A stretch of DNA of 64,000 bases from positions 1,216,001 through 1,280,000 of the forward strand of contig OZ244207.1 of assembly GCA_965216875.1 (NCBI GenBank). Direction: 5' to 3'. Both the position numbers and the translations under genes were made by a program. This DNA comes from Rubripirellula sp. (lineage in GTDB: Bacteria; Planctomycetota; Planctomycetia; Pirellulales; Pirellulaceae). Positions 19,469 through 30,420 of this stretch are shown one piece after another (position 1 is the first letter of the stretch; each line of letters opens with the position of its first letter). The notes beneath the pieces were generated by a model. That model had not been told where the DNA came from and made no database searches. It was given only the letters and a program-made list of their open reading frames with translations.

Positions 19469-19483
19469 GTGCCACTGTGGCAC
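19469..19483. promoter_or_regulatory. island palindrome GTGCCACTGTGGCAC
   Basis: perfect copy between convergent modules. Confidence 0.75.
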
Positions 19484-19703
19484 ATATGTACCGACCGTAC
19501 CTCCTCCAAGGCCCAGTCACGACGAAGTTTGCGGCATAGCCACTGCCACGTTCAGTTTGGACGAACCGACACGCTTCTAGGGCGTCGACGCTCCGCTTAG
19601 CTACTGTGCCCGAACTTGCCAGGTGAATCTCTTCACCGCCTTGATGGCCAAACGCCGAACAGTAGGATGCTCGCTCCAGCGCCGCTGTTGCGAGGGCGCC
19701 AGG

Positions 19704-20750
19704 TCAATCCTGTGCAGATTCCCTTCCTTTGGTGATGTCCCAGCCGAGATAATCCGAAAGCGAGTCCACTGTGGCATCAATCTCGTCGTTTGCAACACCA
19801 GCATGATGAGCCGCGGCCTCTATATGTTCACGTGCCACCGGCTGGGAGACGTCCCTTTGAGAGATCCAATAGAATTGGCGATCAAAATCGTCCAAAAAGA
19901 CGAAGCCTCCAAACGCCGAGTGGTTAGCGGCGGTAGCCACCCAAATACTGTTGGGGACATTGGGCAACGATGGTTCTTCTTGCAACTCTTTGCTGAACGC
20001 GCGCGTTAGCGATCCAGTTAACCCCGATTGGTAATTCCAACTTCCCATGAATCCCTTAAACCAATCTCGCCAGCCCTGAGATTTGCAGTGCTCGAAAGCT
20101 AGGCCTCTTGCATGTCGGAGGAAGCCCATGATCACCGCTCCACGAAGCTCATGACTTCGTTCAAAGGGGACGAAAAGGCGGTTCGCTGCTGGTTCCGGAG
20201 CTAGCGTGCCGTAGACATCGATCTTCGCAGAAAGGCCCAAGTCCGGGAGCCACTCTTGTCGCGTTGTACCCATGACTGCATCCCACGTATGAAGACCACC
20301 GGGTGCTTCGATACCAAACAACGAAAGCTGATACGACGACAGCATATTCGGCAGGTGGTCGCTCTGATCTAGGCAGCCTCGTTGACGCCAATGATCGAAG
20401 AGCTCCTGGAGACTGGCGTGCTGCAGTTTCGCGACTTCCTCTCGATCGTCGAACCAGAATCCTCTTGGGGCAGGCTGACTAGAAGCTACAGTCTCTATCG
20501 CCAAGTCAAGGTCGCCCTTTGCGAGGACTTCAAAATCGGAAGGTTGGACGTAATCGTCTTCATGTTGGTCTCTATTAAACGCGTCAAGAATCGTTTCTAG
20601 ACTGTCGCTAGAGTCTCGCACCTTTTCCAGCAAGACGACTAGTTCGTCTTTGTCTTTCGGAAAGGCTGGAGGCGAAACAACTCGAACGCCGTCGACGTTG
20701 CCTTCATGACATTGAGTGAATTTGCTGCTAACCAGGAGATTCCCATCCAC
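19704..20750 (-). CDS. hypothetical protein, possibly the detached C-terminal part of the HD/ATPase gene
   Basis: same strand, no clear RBS or start, 255 bp downstream of the HD/ATPase ORF. Confidence 0.5.
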   Translation of the reverse strand: MDGNLLVSSKFTQCHEGNVDGVRVVSPPAFPKDKDELVVLLEKVRDSSDSLETILDAFNRDQHEDDYVQPSDFEVLAKGDLDLAIETVASSQPAPRGFWFDDREEVAKLQHASLQELFDHWRQRGCLDQSDHLPNMLSSYQLSLFGIEAPGGLHTWDAVMGTTRQEWLPDLGLSAKIDVYGTLAPEPAANRLFVPFERSHELRGAVIMGFLRHARGLAFEHCKSQGWRDWFKGFMGSWNYQSGLTGSLTRAFSKELQEEPSLPNVPNSIWVATAANHSAFGGFVFLDDFDRQFYWISQRDVSQPVAREHIEAAAHHAGVANDEIDATVDSLSDYLGWDITKGRESAQD

Positions 20751-21005
20751 GTCACTGGACCTGACGTGATACCTCGCGAGCTATCACCAAGACGATGGGC
20801 GCATGAGCCACCATCGTTCGAATTTGAACCTTTTGTTGAGCGGAAGCCAGCATGGACGTACTGTCTAACGTCCTCTGTGTTCGACCTTTCCCGTTACCAC
20901 GAGAACCTTCGTGGGCAGGGGGCAATCTACTTCTTGTCCGGCGAAAACGGTAAGCCCGCAATAGCAACTGGAAACCTATACCTTCGGGGAGGACGCATCC
21001 AACAA

Positions 21006-22742
21006 TCACATTTCATCTACTCGTTGCGCAACATCATCCATCACAAGAAAGACGGTAACTTTGGTCCCAGAATAACTCGGTGGCGAATCGGACTCAGGAT
21101 CTTTAGGAGAGCAATATGCTGGAAACTCCACCAAGTCAGCTTCAGGGAGTTCCTCGATTACGAAGTATTTTGACGCGCCTTCAATCGTCATACGTAGCGG
21201 TCTGGAACCGTACTGAAATGTTTCGACAACAATTCGGTCGCCGCCGAGGAAGCAGGAAAGGAACCCAATCCCAAACTGCGAGCAGGCCTCTAGATGAATG
21301 CCCATCTCCTCCAAACGCTCGCACTCAGCCGAAAACTCAGGAGAGCGATAGAAACTCTTTCCGACTTGCATGAAGAAGTTCTCGACCTGATCAAGGGACA
21401 TTCCAATCCCGTTGTCGCGAAACTCGATTCGTGGGCCCTCGTCTGGATTGCTAGCCACATGGGGCAAGCCGCTGCCGTCCCAGACTTGGATCCGCGGTAC
21501 GTAATTGACCGGCTTCCCCTGATGGGAATGTGCCTCCGCCCGCGCTTGCTGGTAGCGGCAGGCGTCGAGCGAGTTTTGGAGCAGCTCCCGTAGGAACATC
21601 GTCTCGTCCGGGTAGAGACTCTTGTCCATCAAGAGCTTCATAATCCGTTCGTAGTCCAGCTGGAATCGGAACCCTCCTGCGACGAATCGAGGGTCGGCCA
21701 TATTCACTTGGTAGCGATCAACGATGGGCGCGAGCCTCAACTGGTACCGATCCGCCATTTCGTTTGGGAGCTCCCGAACGAGCCTAGTTGCGTCCTGCAA
21801 TTCGCGGTCGACCCAATCGAGATAGGCGTGGACCGCAACATAGTCTTCCGGAGTCTCGCAGTCAGCGATGAACTCGATCCTTTCGGTAGTAACATTGACG
21901 CCTTTGATGCTTAGGTGTTTGTTCCATTCGGCAATCGAGATCGACTCGGTGAAGTGAATTGAGTGAAAGGCCGAGCATGGAGTGCGAGTGCGATCGAAAT
22001 CTAGGATGTCACCTAGGCGTAGGCAGCAAGCAAGATATCGAAGATTGATGCGTGTATTGCCCAAGTGGTCCGCGTTGCGCATCCGCAATACGCATTGCTC
22101 TGGCTTTCGTGGATCTCGAGACTGGCGTACGCCCCAATTGTGGCTTTCGCAAAGGATGCCGATGTCCAGCGTCAATGTCGCTCCCCGAAAACGTAATCTC
22201 TCCGCAAGATGCGACTGGATGAATCTGTGTACTCGCTCTGCATGGCGTTGACGAATGAACTCAGCGAAGACCGCGTCGCGAACGCAATCTGCTTTGACCG
22301 TCTCGCCATTCCTTTCTGCCTGGTCGGCGTCATCAAGACGCCCGCGATTGTGCCGGCAATGCGACTTGTACTCGTCAGAGTCGAGGATCGCCTGTTTTTC
22401 ATCAGCCTCGGATACGAACATTCCCACATCGTGGAGCAAGATCGACAACCACTGAAAAGCTAGCTCAATCGCGTTGAGTTGGATCGACTCTGGCTCATGG
22501 CTCTGACGAGGCAGAAAGTCGTGGACATGACCAGCAACGTTGAGCAAGTGGTCGAGGTCGTGCTTTGTGTACTGTCTGAACGTATGTTGAATTCGGTCGA
22601 TGAAAGGCTCCACGACGTCCGAAACCTCGAGCACTAGGCCCTGAAGCTGCTTGACCTCCGCTCGAGTCACCTCTTCATAGTCGTGAAGGTTGTTGAACTG
22701 CTGAAAGAGCCTGTGACTCTCGATCGAATCTCGGAAACCCAT
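21006..22742 (-). CDS. HD-domain (HD-CE-like) + Hsp90/GHKL-type ATPase protein
   Basis: HDLDH and LLHDVGM; FLRELLQNSLDA, DNGIGM, QFGIGFLS, GTKVTV GHKL boxes. Confidence 0.85.
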   Translation of the reverse strand: MGFRDSIESHRLFQQFNNLHDYEEVTRAEVKQLQGLVLEVSDVVEPFIDRIQHTFRQYTKHDLDHLLNVAGHVHDFLPRQSHEPESIQLNAIELAFQWLSILLHDVGMFVSEADEKQAILDSDEYKSHCRHNRGRLDDADQAERNGETVKADCVRDAVFAEFIRQRHAERVHRFIQSHLAERLRFRGATLTLDIGILCESHNWGVRQSRDPRKPEQCVLRMRNADHLGNTRINLRYLACCLRLGDILDFDRTRTPCSAFHSIHFTESISIAEWNKHLSIKGVNVTTERIEFIADCETPEDYVAVHAYLDWVDRELQDATRLVRELPNEMADRYQLRLAPIVDRYQVNMADPRFVAGGFRFQLDYERIMKLLMDKSLYPDETMFLRELLQNSLDACRYQQARAEAHSHQGKPVNYVPRIQVWDGSGLPHVASNPDEGPRIEFRDNGIGMSLDQVENFFMQVGKSFYRSPEFSAECERLEEMGIHLEACSQFGIGFLSCFLGGDRIVVETFQYGSRPLRMTIEGASKYFVIEELPEADLVEFPAYCSPKDPESDSPPSYSGTKVTVFLVMDDVAQRVDEM

Positions 22743-22857
22743 GCCCGCCCCTGACGCTGCTCTCGGTGTTGCAAGTCCCGGTGGGACTGCTCGTGGGAGT
22801 ATTCTACGGAATGGTTTCTGCGCTGTCGTGGTGCCGCGGCTTGGGCCGGTGAAATGT

Positions 22858-22872
22858 GTGCCACAGTGGCAC
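22858..22872. promoter_or_regulatory. island palindrome GTGCCACAGTGGCAC
   Basis: perfect copy 115 bp upstream of the HD/ATPase gene. Confidence 0.75.
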
Positions 22873-23408
22873 TATTGGGCCGGAGGTAAATGAACGGTCG
22901 GTCGATGCAAACGACTTGAGTTCAGGGAGAGCCAAATTCCCGTCGGTGTCACCAACCAGGGAAATTCAGTGATTCGGCGTCGGCCATCGGAGCATCGAAT
23001 CGACAGTTGGTAAGTCGCTTAAAAACTGCCCTACATATGGCATTCAACCATTGATGCGTCGTTCCGGCTTCGCTGCCGGACGGGCTCCCCTCGGCTTGGG
23101 CCGAGGCTTCGCTACGCTCGGCCTCCACACCGGCTGCATCCATGTCCCGAAGGCACATTCGCGGCGACCATCCATGAGTCGCCGTGCCTTACGGAATTTC
23201 GTCACTCGATGCGTAGGGCGTCACCGCCCGCGCTCGCTCCGACGTGAGACATCGTCTTTTACTTAGTTGACATTCTGCGGGAATTTTGACGTGATCTCCG
23301 CTGCTCATTGGAACATCTACCGAAGTTCCGGCGGCGTGGCGACATCTTCTCCTTTGGCAACGGTTTCTACGCCCCCGCTATCCGGCACCTGCTGAGGCAG
23401 AATCAAAA

Positions 23409-24827
23409 ATGAAGCGCAAGTGTGGCGTTCGTTTACAAATTCCGATTCACGTAAAACGCTACTGCGGGGGAAGCCGAACACGAGAATCTCCAATACAATG
23501 CACTTTGCATACGACCAAACGTGAATTGAAAGCACATCTAGTGACCAGGGCTGACCGAGTATGGCCGAAACCTCGAAGCAGAAATGTGGGGTCCTTTGGC
23601 AATCTTGAACTCTACGCTGGAACTCTGTTTCTCGCGGAATCAGAGGGGACAATCACACAATCCACACTCACGTCTGATGAGAAAGGGCTAGGCCAGCGCC
23701 TACGCGGCTTACTTTTGGTTCAACGCGTGACGCCCACGACTGCGGGTGATTTGATTACTGAGCTTCAAGCTTACGAGTGGATTCAGCGTCAAGACACTTT
23801 TCCAAGAAGCTATTCATTGACACCCGATGGTGTCGCTGCAGCCCAAATTGCGAAGACTGATCGACACGGTTTCCGGCGGTTGTTGCTCATGAAAATGCAA
23901 CAACGCTTTGTAGTGCCAGGCTGGTTCGTCGATCGTTTGCACACGATAAACCCGCACGGTGGTGATGTTGTCCTTCCAGGACCACGCCCTGGTTGGCGGC
24001 CAGCAGTATGCCAACTTGCAGACGATAAATGGCGAGAAAGTCTTGAGAGTGAGGTTGCAATATCTCATGAACACAATACTGCGACGATTGATAACGCATT
24101 CCCGGTACCGCTTGACCGATGGATACGAGAGGTGAAGCGCGAGTGGGCTGATTTCAAAATTACCCGATCAAAAAGCACGACGTATGCGCCTCGTGGACGA
24201 CTTGCAAGAGCAATGAGAAGAGCCGCAATTCAGTTGCTCTTCAACAATAAACCGTTTGGATGCAGCTATCACACTTCAGATCAGTCAATGCATCCTGTTC
24301 CACCACGATCGTTCCAGTCGTGGTGCCCGCTACTGGATGCACTGGAACTGATCGGCTACACCGACGCACATCCGGATATCATGGGACGGCTTATTTTTCC
24401 ATGTGCCGCCTTTCGGCGTACCGTGAATGCAGAGGAATTTGAGCGAACGGAAATTAGATCACCGGACGCCAAAGTGTTGGTTATAAACCAACCCAAATGG
24501 TCCGAGAACATGGCTGGAGTCTTCAACAATACGCTTTGGAACGTTTATTCTCGTTTCGCAAAGAAAGTTCGGACGAGATACATTTCAGTTCAAGATGTGC
24601 GTGACGAAGTCTGCAGACAGCTGAGATTAAGCTCACTTCTGTTTGACACATTTCTTGAAAAAACCGTTCGCCATACAGCAACTCGCAAGGACGAGACCGG
24701 AGGTATTATGATTGCACTTGAAAGTGATTTACAACCAAAGCAACAAACTGGTAGCGGTCTCCTGCGGCGTCCGGTCTACATGGATGGAATTGCTCACTCC
24801 TTGATATCAGTATCTGTAACCCAATAA
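23409..24827 (+). CDS. hypothetical protein, probable winged-helix domains
   Basis: LITELQAYEWIQ..YSLTPDG wHTH-like segment; ISVQDVRDEVCRQLRLS helix. Confidence 0.7.
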   Translation: MKRKCGVRLQIPIHVKRYCGGSRTRESPIQCTLHTTKRELKAHLVTRADRVWPKPRSRNVGSFGNLELYAGTLFLAESEGTITQSTLTSDEKGLGQRLRGLLLVQRVTPTTAGDLITELQAYEWIQRQDTFPRSYSLTPDGVAAAQIAKTDRHGFRRLLLMKMQQRFVVPGWFVDRLHTINPHGGDVVLPGPRPGWRPAVCQLADDKWRESLESEVAISHEHNTATIDNAFPVPLDRWIREVKREWADFKITRSKSTTYAPRGRLARAMRRAAIQLLFNNKPFGCSYHTSDQSMHPVPPRSFQSWCPLLDALELIGYTDAHPDIMGRLIFPCAAFRRTVNAEEFERTEIRSPDAKVLVINQPKWSENMAGVFNNTLWNVYSRFAKKVRTRYISVQDVRDEVCRQLRLSSLLFDTFLEKTVRHTATRKDETGGIMIALESDLQPKQQTGSGLLRRPVYMDGIAHSLISVSVTQ

Positions 24828-24843
24828 CAACCAAGCGAAGACC

Positions 24844-26223
24844 ATGACAAATCCGTTGCTGCGACGTGGCAAGGAAATGCCGATTGACAAGTCTGCTCGC
24901 TACGCGAAGCTTGGACTTACCGATAACCCGTTTCCTGCAGAACCGACCGTCTCGCCAGATCATCCTGATCCACGTCGGAATGGGAGCATATATTGCGAGA
25001 CACTTCACGAAGATAAAATGCAGAGTTTTGAATCTCTGCTTATCGCACGATCCGAAGGTCCAACGGTTCGACCTCTCGTTTTTCTGATGGATCACACCAC
25101 GGCACGAGGCCGCGGAATTGGAAAAACTGCGTTTCTAAATAGACGACAGAATGAAATTTTGCGGGACTTTGGAAGCGCGGCTTCGCGAGGCGACGAAGTT
25201 GTGTTCGCCGTTCACATCATTCCTCCGGTGAATCCAGAATGCAGAAAGTTTTGGGAACTCACTCGCCTAATCTGCGATCGCTTGATTGATCGAAATGTCA
25301 TTCTTCAAGCAGTGTGCCGTCTTCGGGCCACATATCCCAAGATGCCAGAAACCGTTTTTGAGGAAGTTGGTGAAATAGATGAGTGGCCAGAGACTATTGG
25401 AAGCGATGACTGGCTGCGAGAACGTCGAGTTGACCGACATGAGCTAAATCGCCACGTTAGACAGCAACTCTACAAGGCGGGCGTGCGTGACATGGTTGCT
25501 GACAAAATAGCCGCCAACGGAAACAATCGTGCGGTACTACGGTCATGGTTGTTCTCGAGCATGAAAATCACGACCTGGCGCAAGGAGGGGCCGCAAATCG
25601 TATTTGACGACTTTGTTAAAGTATTCCGAGCTGCTGGCTTTACGCGAGGATTGCTGTTGATCGACGAAATGGAGAAGATCGTAAGGCCGCAGAACTCGAC
25701 GGAACGGCGCAATTTTGTGGAAAGCCTAAGGTACTTTCTAATTGATGGAGACTGTGAAGCAGCCCGAACTGGGTTTTACGGAACCGTACTGACGATTCAC
25801 CCAGGAATCCAAGAGCTCTTACTTCAGCATTGGCAGGTCACGGGCCTGGATCGGTCCGCTCCACTTCATGAGCCAGACGTAAAACAGAATGAGATTTCAT
25901 TTGGTCCATTGAGTCGTGAGCATGCAGATTTGTTAGTACAGGAATATTTAGGCCATTATGGAAAAGATACTGCATCGACGGGAGTATCGCCTTTCACGAA
26001 GGAGGCAATTGACGCTGCACTAGTTAAGTCTCGGCACGTGCCTGGGCCGATGCTGAACCTCTTGTTCAATGCAATAGAAAGAGCGGCAGAAAGAGGTGTC
26101 GAGAGTATTGACGGGCCTTTTATTGAACAGCTTTACGACGAACGAAATCAGCATGGAGAAGCCCTCGTTCAGCCCGATCAGCTTCCTGCTCCACAGACAC
26201 TCCTGATGGATGAAGAAGATTGA
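24844..26223 (+). CDS. P-loop (AAA+-like) ATPase
   Basis: N-terminal LGLTDNPF; Walker A GRGIGKT; Walker B LLLIDEME. Confidence 0.85.
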   Translation: MTNPLLRRGKEMPIDKSARYAKLGLTDNPFPAEPTVSPDHPDPRRNGSIYCETLHEDKMQSFESLLIARSEGPTVRPLVFLMDHTTARGRGIGKTAFLNRRQNEILRDFGSAASRGDEVVFAVHIIPPVNPECRKFWELTRLICDRLIDRNVILQAVCRLRATYPKMPETVFEEVGEIDEWPETIGSDDWLRERRVDRHELNRHVRQQLYKAGVRDMVADKIAANGNNRAVLRSWLFSSMKITTWRKEGPQIVFDDFVKVFRAAGFTRGLLLIDEMEKIVRPQNSTERRNFVESLRYFLIDGDCEAARTGFYGTVLTIHPGIQELLLQHWQVTGLDRSAPLHEPDVKQNEISFGPLSREHADLLVQEYLGHYGKDTASTGVSPFTKEAIDAALVKSRHVPGPMLNLLFNAIERAAERGVESIDGPFIEQLYDERNQHGEALVQPDQLPAPQTLLMDEED

Positions 26224-26657
26224 CTGACGAAGGATCGCCACTTGATTTTAGATTGCTGTCAGAGCGGGCCGTGACCGATTCTTTGATCGAATCGAAAGAC
26301 GCCGATTCGTATGGATCGCTGCGAGTTTGTCCTATTGGTCGCCTACTTTTTGTCGTCGAAGGAATAAGAAAAAGCGCAAACACTGCATCCGGGTTAAACG
26401 AAATACGAGAAGGGCGGACCGACTTTCACAGCATTCAAGCGTCTGGCGGCTTGTTGGTTGCTGGCGTGACCTCTCAGGATGTTTGCGATCAAATGTTTCA
26501 GCCCGAAGACGACTATGAATCCTGCAGTATATCCGAGAAAGTCTTTGGACGCGGTCTCTCTCCAGATGTAACGACCGATTTGCTCGCACTCGCATCGTTT
26601 GATCGAAAATTCGACGCGGAAACGACGCGTCAATACGAAGAGGCTAGTGATGCGTGA
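26220..26657 (+). CDS. hypothetical protein
   Basis: overlaps both neighbouring genes, consistent with translational coupling. Confidence 0.6.
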   Translation: MTDEGSPLDFRLLSERAVTDSLIESKDADSYGSLRVCPIGRLLFVVEGIRKSANTASGLNEIREGRTDFHSIQASGGLLVAGVTSQDVCDQMFQPEDDYESCSISEKVFGRGLSPDVTTDLLALASFDRKFDAETTRQYEEASDA

Positions 26658-27171
26658 CCTAGTTTTCGATGCGGATCATCTGCCTGAGCTTCTTGGCCAG
26701 TATTTTGATCCCACCGGCGTTAACAGAGGATATGGAGCATTCGCCCCCTCAGACGCGTTTTCAAGGCCGCTCGCTGTTGCACTAAATCAAATATTGGCGG
26801 ACTGGCGAACGTGTATTTCCACTGACACCCTACCTTCTTCGCTAGTCGTTATATCCACATTCGCTTTTATTGAGCTTGGCAGAAAGTGGGACCAGATGGT
26901 TGACGGGCGATTTAGTCCGAGCCAGTGTCGTGCTTTCACGGCTCAGCCGCCAACGTGGGTGAGTATCGCTCCGCTCGATGAGGATTTGCTACCTAGTTAT
27001 TGTGACGTACCTCAGGCCGTCACACTCGGCAACGGAGATACCGTTCCAATTGAATGGACAGACGCCGTCCACGTAGCAACAGTTCTTTCAAGGGAAGAGA
27101 GCACACTCTTGATCTCTGGCGATCAAAGGCTCTCGTGTATTCCAGATATTGCACATCGAGTAATGACATAG
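26650..27171 (+). CDS. PIN-like domain protein
   Basis: LVFDAD at the N-terminus, E in FAFIEL, EWTDAVHVATV and LISGDQRL at the C-terminus. Confidence 0.65.
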   Translation: MRDLVFDADHLPELLGQYFDPTGVNRGYGAFAPSDAFSRPLAVALNQILADWRTCISTDTLPSSLVVISTFAFIELGRKWDQMVDGRFSPSQCRAFTAQPPTWVSIAPLDEDLLPSYCDVPQAVTLGNGDTVPIEWTDAVHVATVLSREESTLLISGDQRLSCIPDIAHRVMT

Positions 27172-27295
27172 ACCTACATATAGACTCACGGCTCTTTTGC
27201 GAACGAGAAGGATGCCTCACAATTTCAGACGGGAATCCCAGCTGCGTTTCCCCCTGTCTACCATTCCGGTCCATTGTTTCAGTTGAGGTTTATTG

Positions 27296-27442
27296 CTACG
27301 AAGATCGACTTTGAACGATCGCCGCAATGATTTCTTTGGTCGCTTCGTCCAGAGTGGATCACGACTGCGAAACGATGCGTAAAGAGGCATCCAAGTCGTC
27401 CGCCGAGCGGGCAGCGCCACTTATCGCCGGGCAAAACTGCAT
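27296..27442 (-). pseudogene. interrupted small ORF (..LRIVSQS*STLDEATKEIIAAIV..)
   Basis: internal TGA at 27359-27361 where TGG would give a W-x-T-L motif. Confidence 0.35.
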
Positions 27443-27601
27443 GATTCCCAACGATTCAGAAGATTGTATCGTTTCCGTCGGGTGACGAACCTATCGCTGC
27501 GGTGACAAATGCTCCGGTGGCCGACACCGAAGCGAGTTCGCCAGAAGCCGATATGACTTCGGCTGGACAAACCGAAGCAGTCACTCATGCCGCTGAATCA
27601 C

Positions 27602-27616
27602 GTGCCACTGTGGCAC
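27602..27616. promoter_or_regulatory. island palindrome GTGCCACTGTGGCAC
   Basis: perfect copy just past the excisionase stop. Confidence 0.75.
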
Positions 27617-27635
27617 AGAATCGACCGAGCCAGCC

Positions 27636-27914
27636 TCATCGTGTCGCGGCCAGCGCGTCAATCACTTGATCCGGACGGAACCTCCTGCAGGTGCCGATTT
27701 TGATCGACGGGACCTCCTCATTGCGGACGAGCTGTTGGAGCTTCGACCCACTAATCCCAAGCCGTCTAGCCATCTCATCAGCGTCAACGAGGAAGTGCTC
27801 ATCTGGCTCCCGGGCGTCGGTCTGGTCGCGCCGTCGCTCGATCTCGTCGCAGACCATTGAGACGAACTGGTCGATCTCGACGCCCTGAAGGAAGATCTGC
27901 TGTCCTGTTGCCAT
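27636..27914 (-). CDS. excisionase-like helix-turn-helix protein
   Basis: LVDADEMARRLGISGSKLQQLVRNEEVPSIKIGTCRRF, an HTH_17-type pattern. Confidence 0.85.
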   Translation of the reverse strand: MATGQQIFLQGVEIDQFVSMVCDEIERRRDQTDAREPDEHFLVDADEMARRLGISGSKLQQLVRNEEVPSIKIGTCRRFRPDQVIDALAATR

Positions 27915-28059
27915 CACTAGCTCCTTGGTACACGGTGGCTCGTACTTGCACCGACCGATCAAGCGATGATCTCACAGTGTCGTTGCAGGTAGTTTATCGG
28001 TGAAGCCTCCGTACCGGCCGGGAAATCAGATTGGATGGTGGGGCTTGGCCGAGGCAACC

Positions 28060-28074
28060 GTGCCACAGTGGCAC
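28060..28074. promoter_or_regulatory. island palindrome GTGCCACAGTGGCAC (extends to 19 bp, 28058-28076)
   Basis: perfect copy upstream of the excisionase. Confidence 0.75.
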
Positions 28075-28407
28075 GGATTGAAGTTGCGGGGACCTCCTCT
28101 CAACTACCCGAGCCGTTTTTGGTGTTGCGCTCTCGATGGGGAATGTAAATCAAGAAGCGATCGCGAATTGGGTCCCCACCCCCATGTCGCCACAAGTTTT
28201 TCCTCATGCACTGAGATGCTGCCCGCGTAGCATTCCCGCGACCAGATGGTCAGCGACTTATAGGATCTGCTACGCAACACTTTGCGCTGAGCCCGATCGA
28301 GCTAAGGATTTTGGTTGTCGTCCTCTTGGACAGCTGCAGCCGCAACCTCCAGAGAGTAGCAGCTCTGTGGCAACCTCGGGTGATGCGAGTCATGGAGAGA
28401 GCCCAGG

Positions 28408-28803
28408 ATGAATGTTGACGCACGCACGTTTGGAGAGCAGTTTTGGTCGTTGTTCGAATCGGAGGACATCGACGCCGCAACCTGCCGGTTCGCGGTACAG
28501 CGAGCTCTGATTCACGCCGCGGAAGGATTGGCCGAACTGGATTGTTTCCTACAGGAGGCGTACCGTTGTTTCGAAGCGACTGGAGACAAAACCCGCGCCC
28601 ACGATGTTGGGACGATCGTTGAGGCGATCCTGCTTGGTTGTCGAGCGTATGAGCACGGCAGCACCGAGATCGAAGGGACCAACCTACTGGTCCTGAAGAC
28701 GATGCTGTCGGTTGGCCGCAAGGCCACTGGTGGAAACGCCTGTGTGGATGAACTCAGCGACGCGCTTGACCACCGTCAAGACGAAGCTGTGGCATCAGCA
28801 TAG
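28408..28803 (+). CDS. hypothetical protein
   Basis: 131 aa ORF followed by the hairpin cccgccg..cggcggg. Confidence 0.55.
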   Translation: MNVDARTFGEQFWSLFESEDIDAATCRFAVQRALIHAAEGLAELDCFLQEAYRCFEATGDKTRAHDVGTIVEAILLGCRAYEHGSTEIEGTNLLVLKTMLSVGRKATGGNACVDELSDALDHRQDEAVASA

Positions 28804-28915
28804 GTTGTGCTGCTGAGGTCCCGCCGTTTCACGCGGCGGGGCCATTTGGCCTACGCGTGTGCGAAAGAGGAGGGTCCGGAGGCTCCATCGATAACCTTTG
28901 CAGGAGGAACACCGC

Positions 28916-30258
<1,343 letters not shown>

Positions 30259-30420
30259 GTCGTGTTGTGTGGCGTGATTTTAGCGTCGGGTCCGCGTTTC
30301 GCAAGGCGGTCCTTTTAGGACTGGTTTCTTCTCTCGCGGGTTCGCGGTATCTGCCCCGTTTTGCGGGCTGATTCGTGTCTGGGGCCGGTTGCACAGTCAC
30401 GATTGCGCCCGTGGCGGTGG

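Noticed and set aside
19766..19776. extra copy of the island palindrome (ccactgtggca)
   Set aside because: Partial and inside a coding region; not counted.
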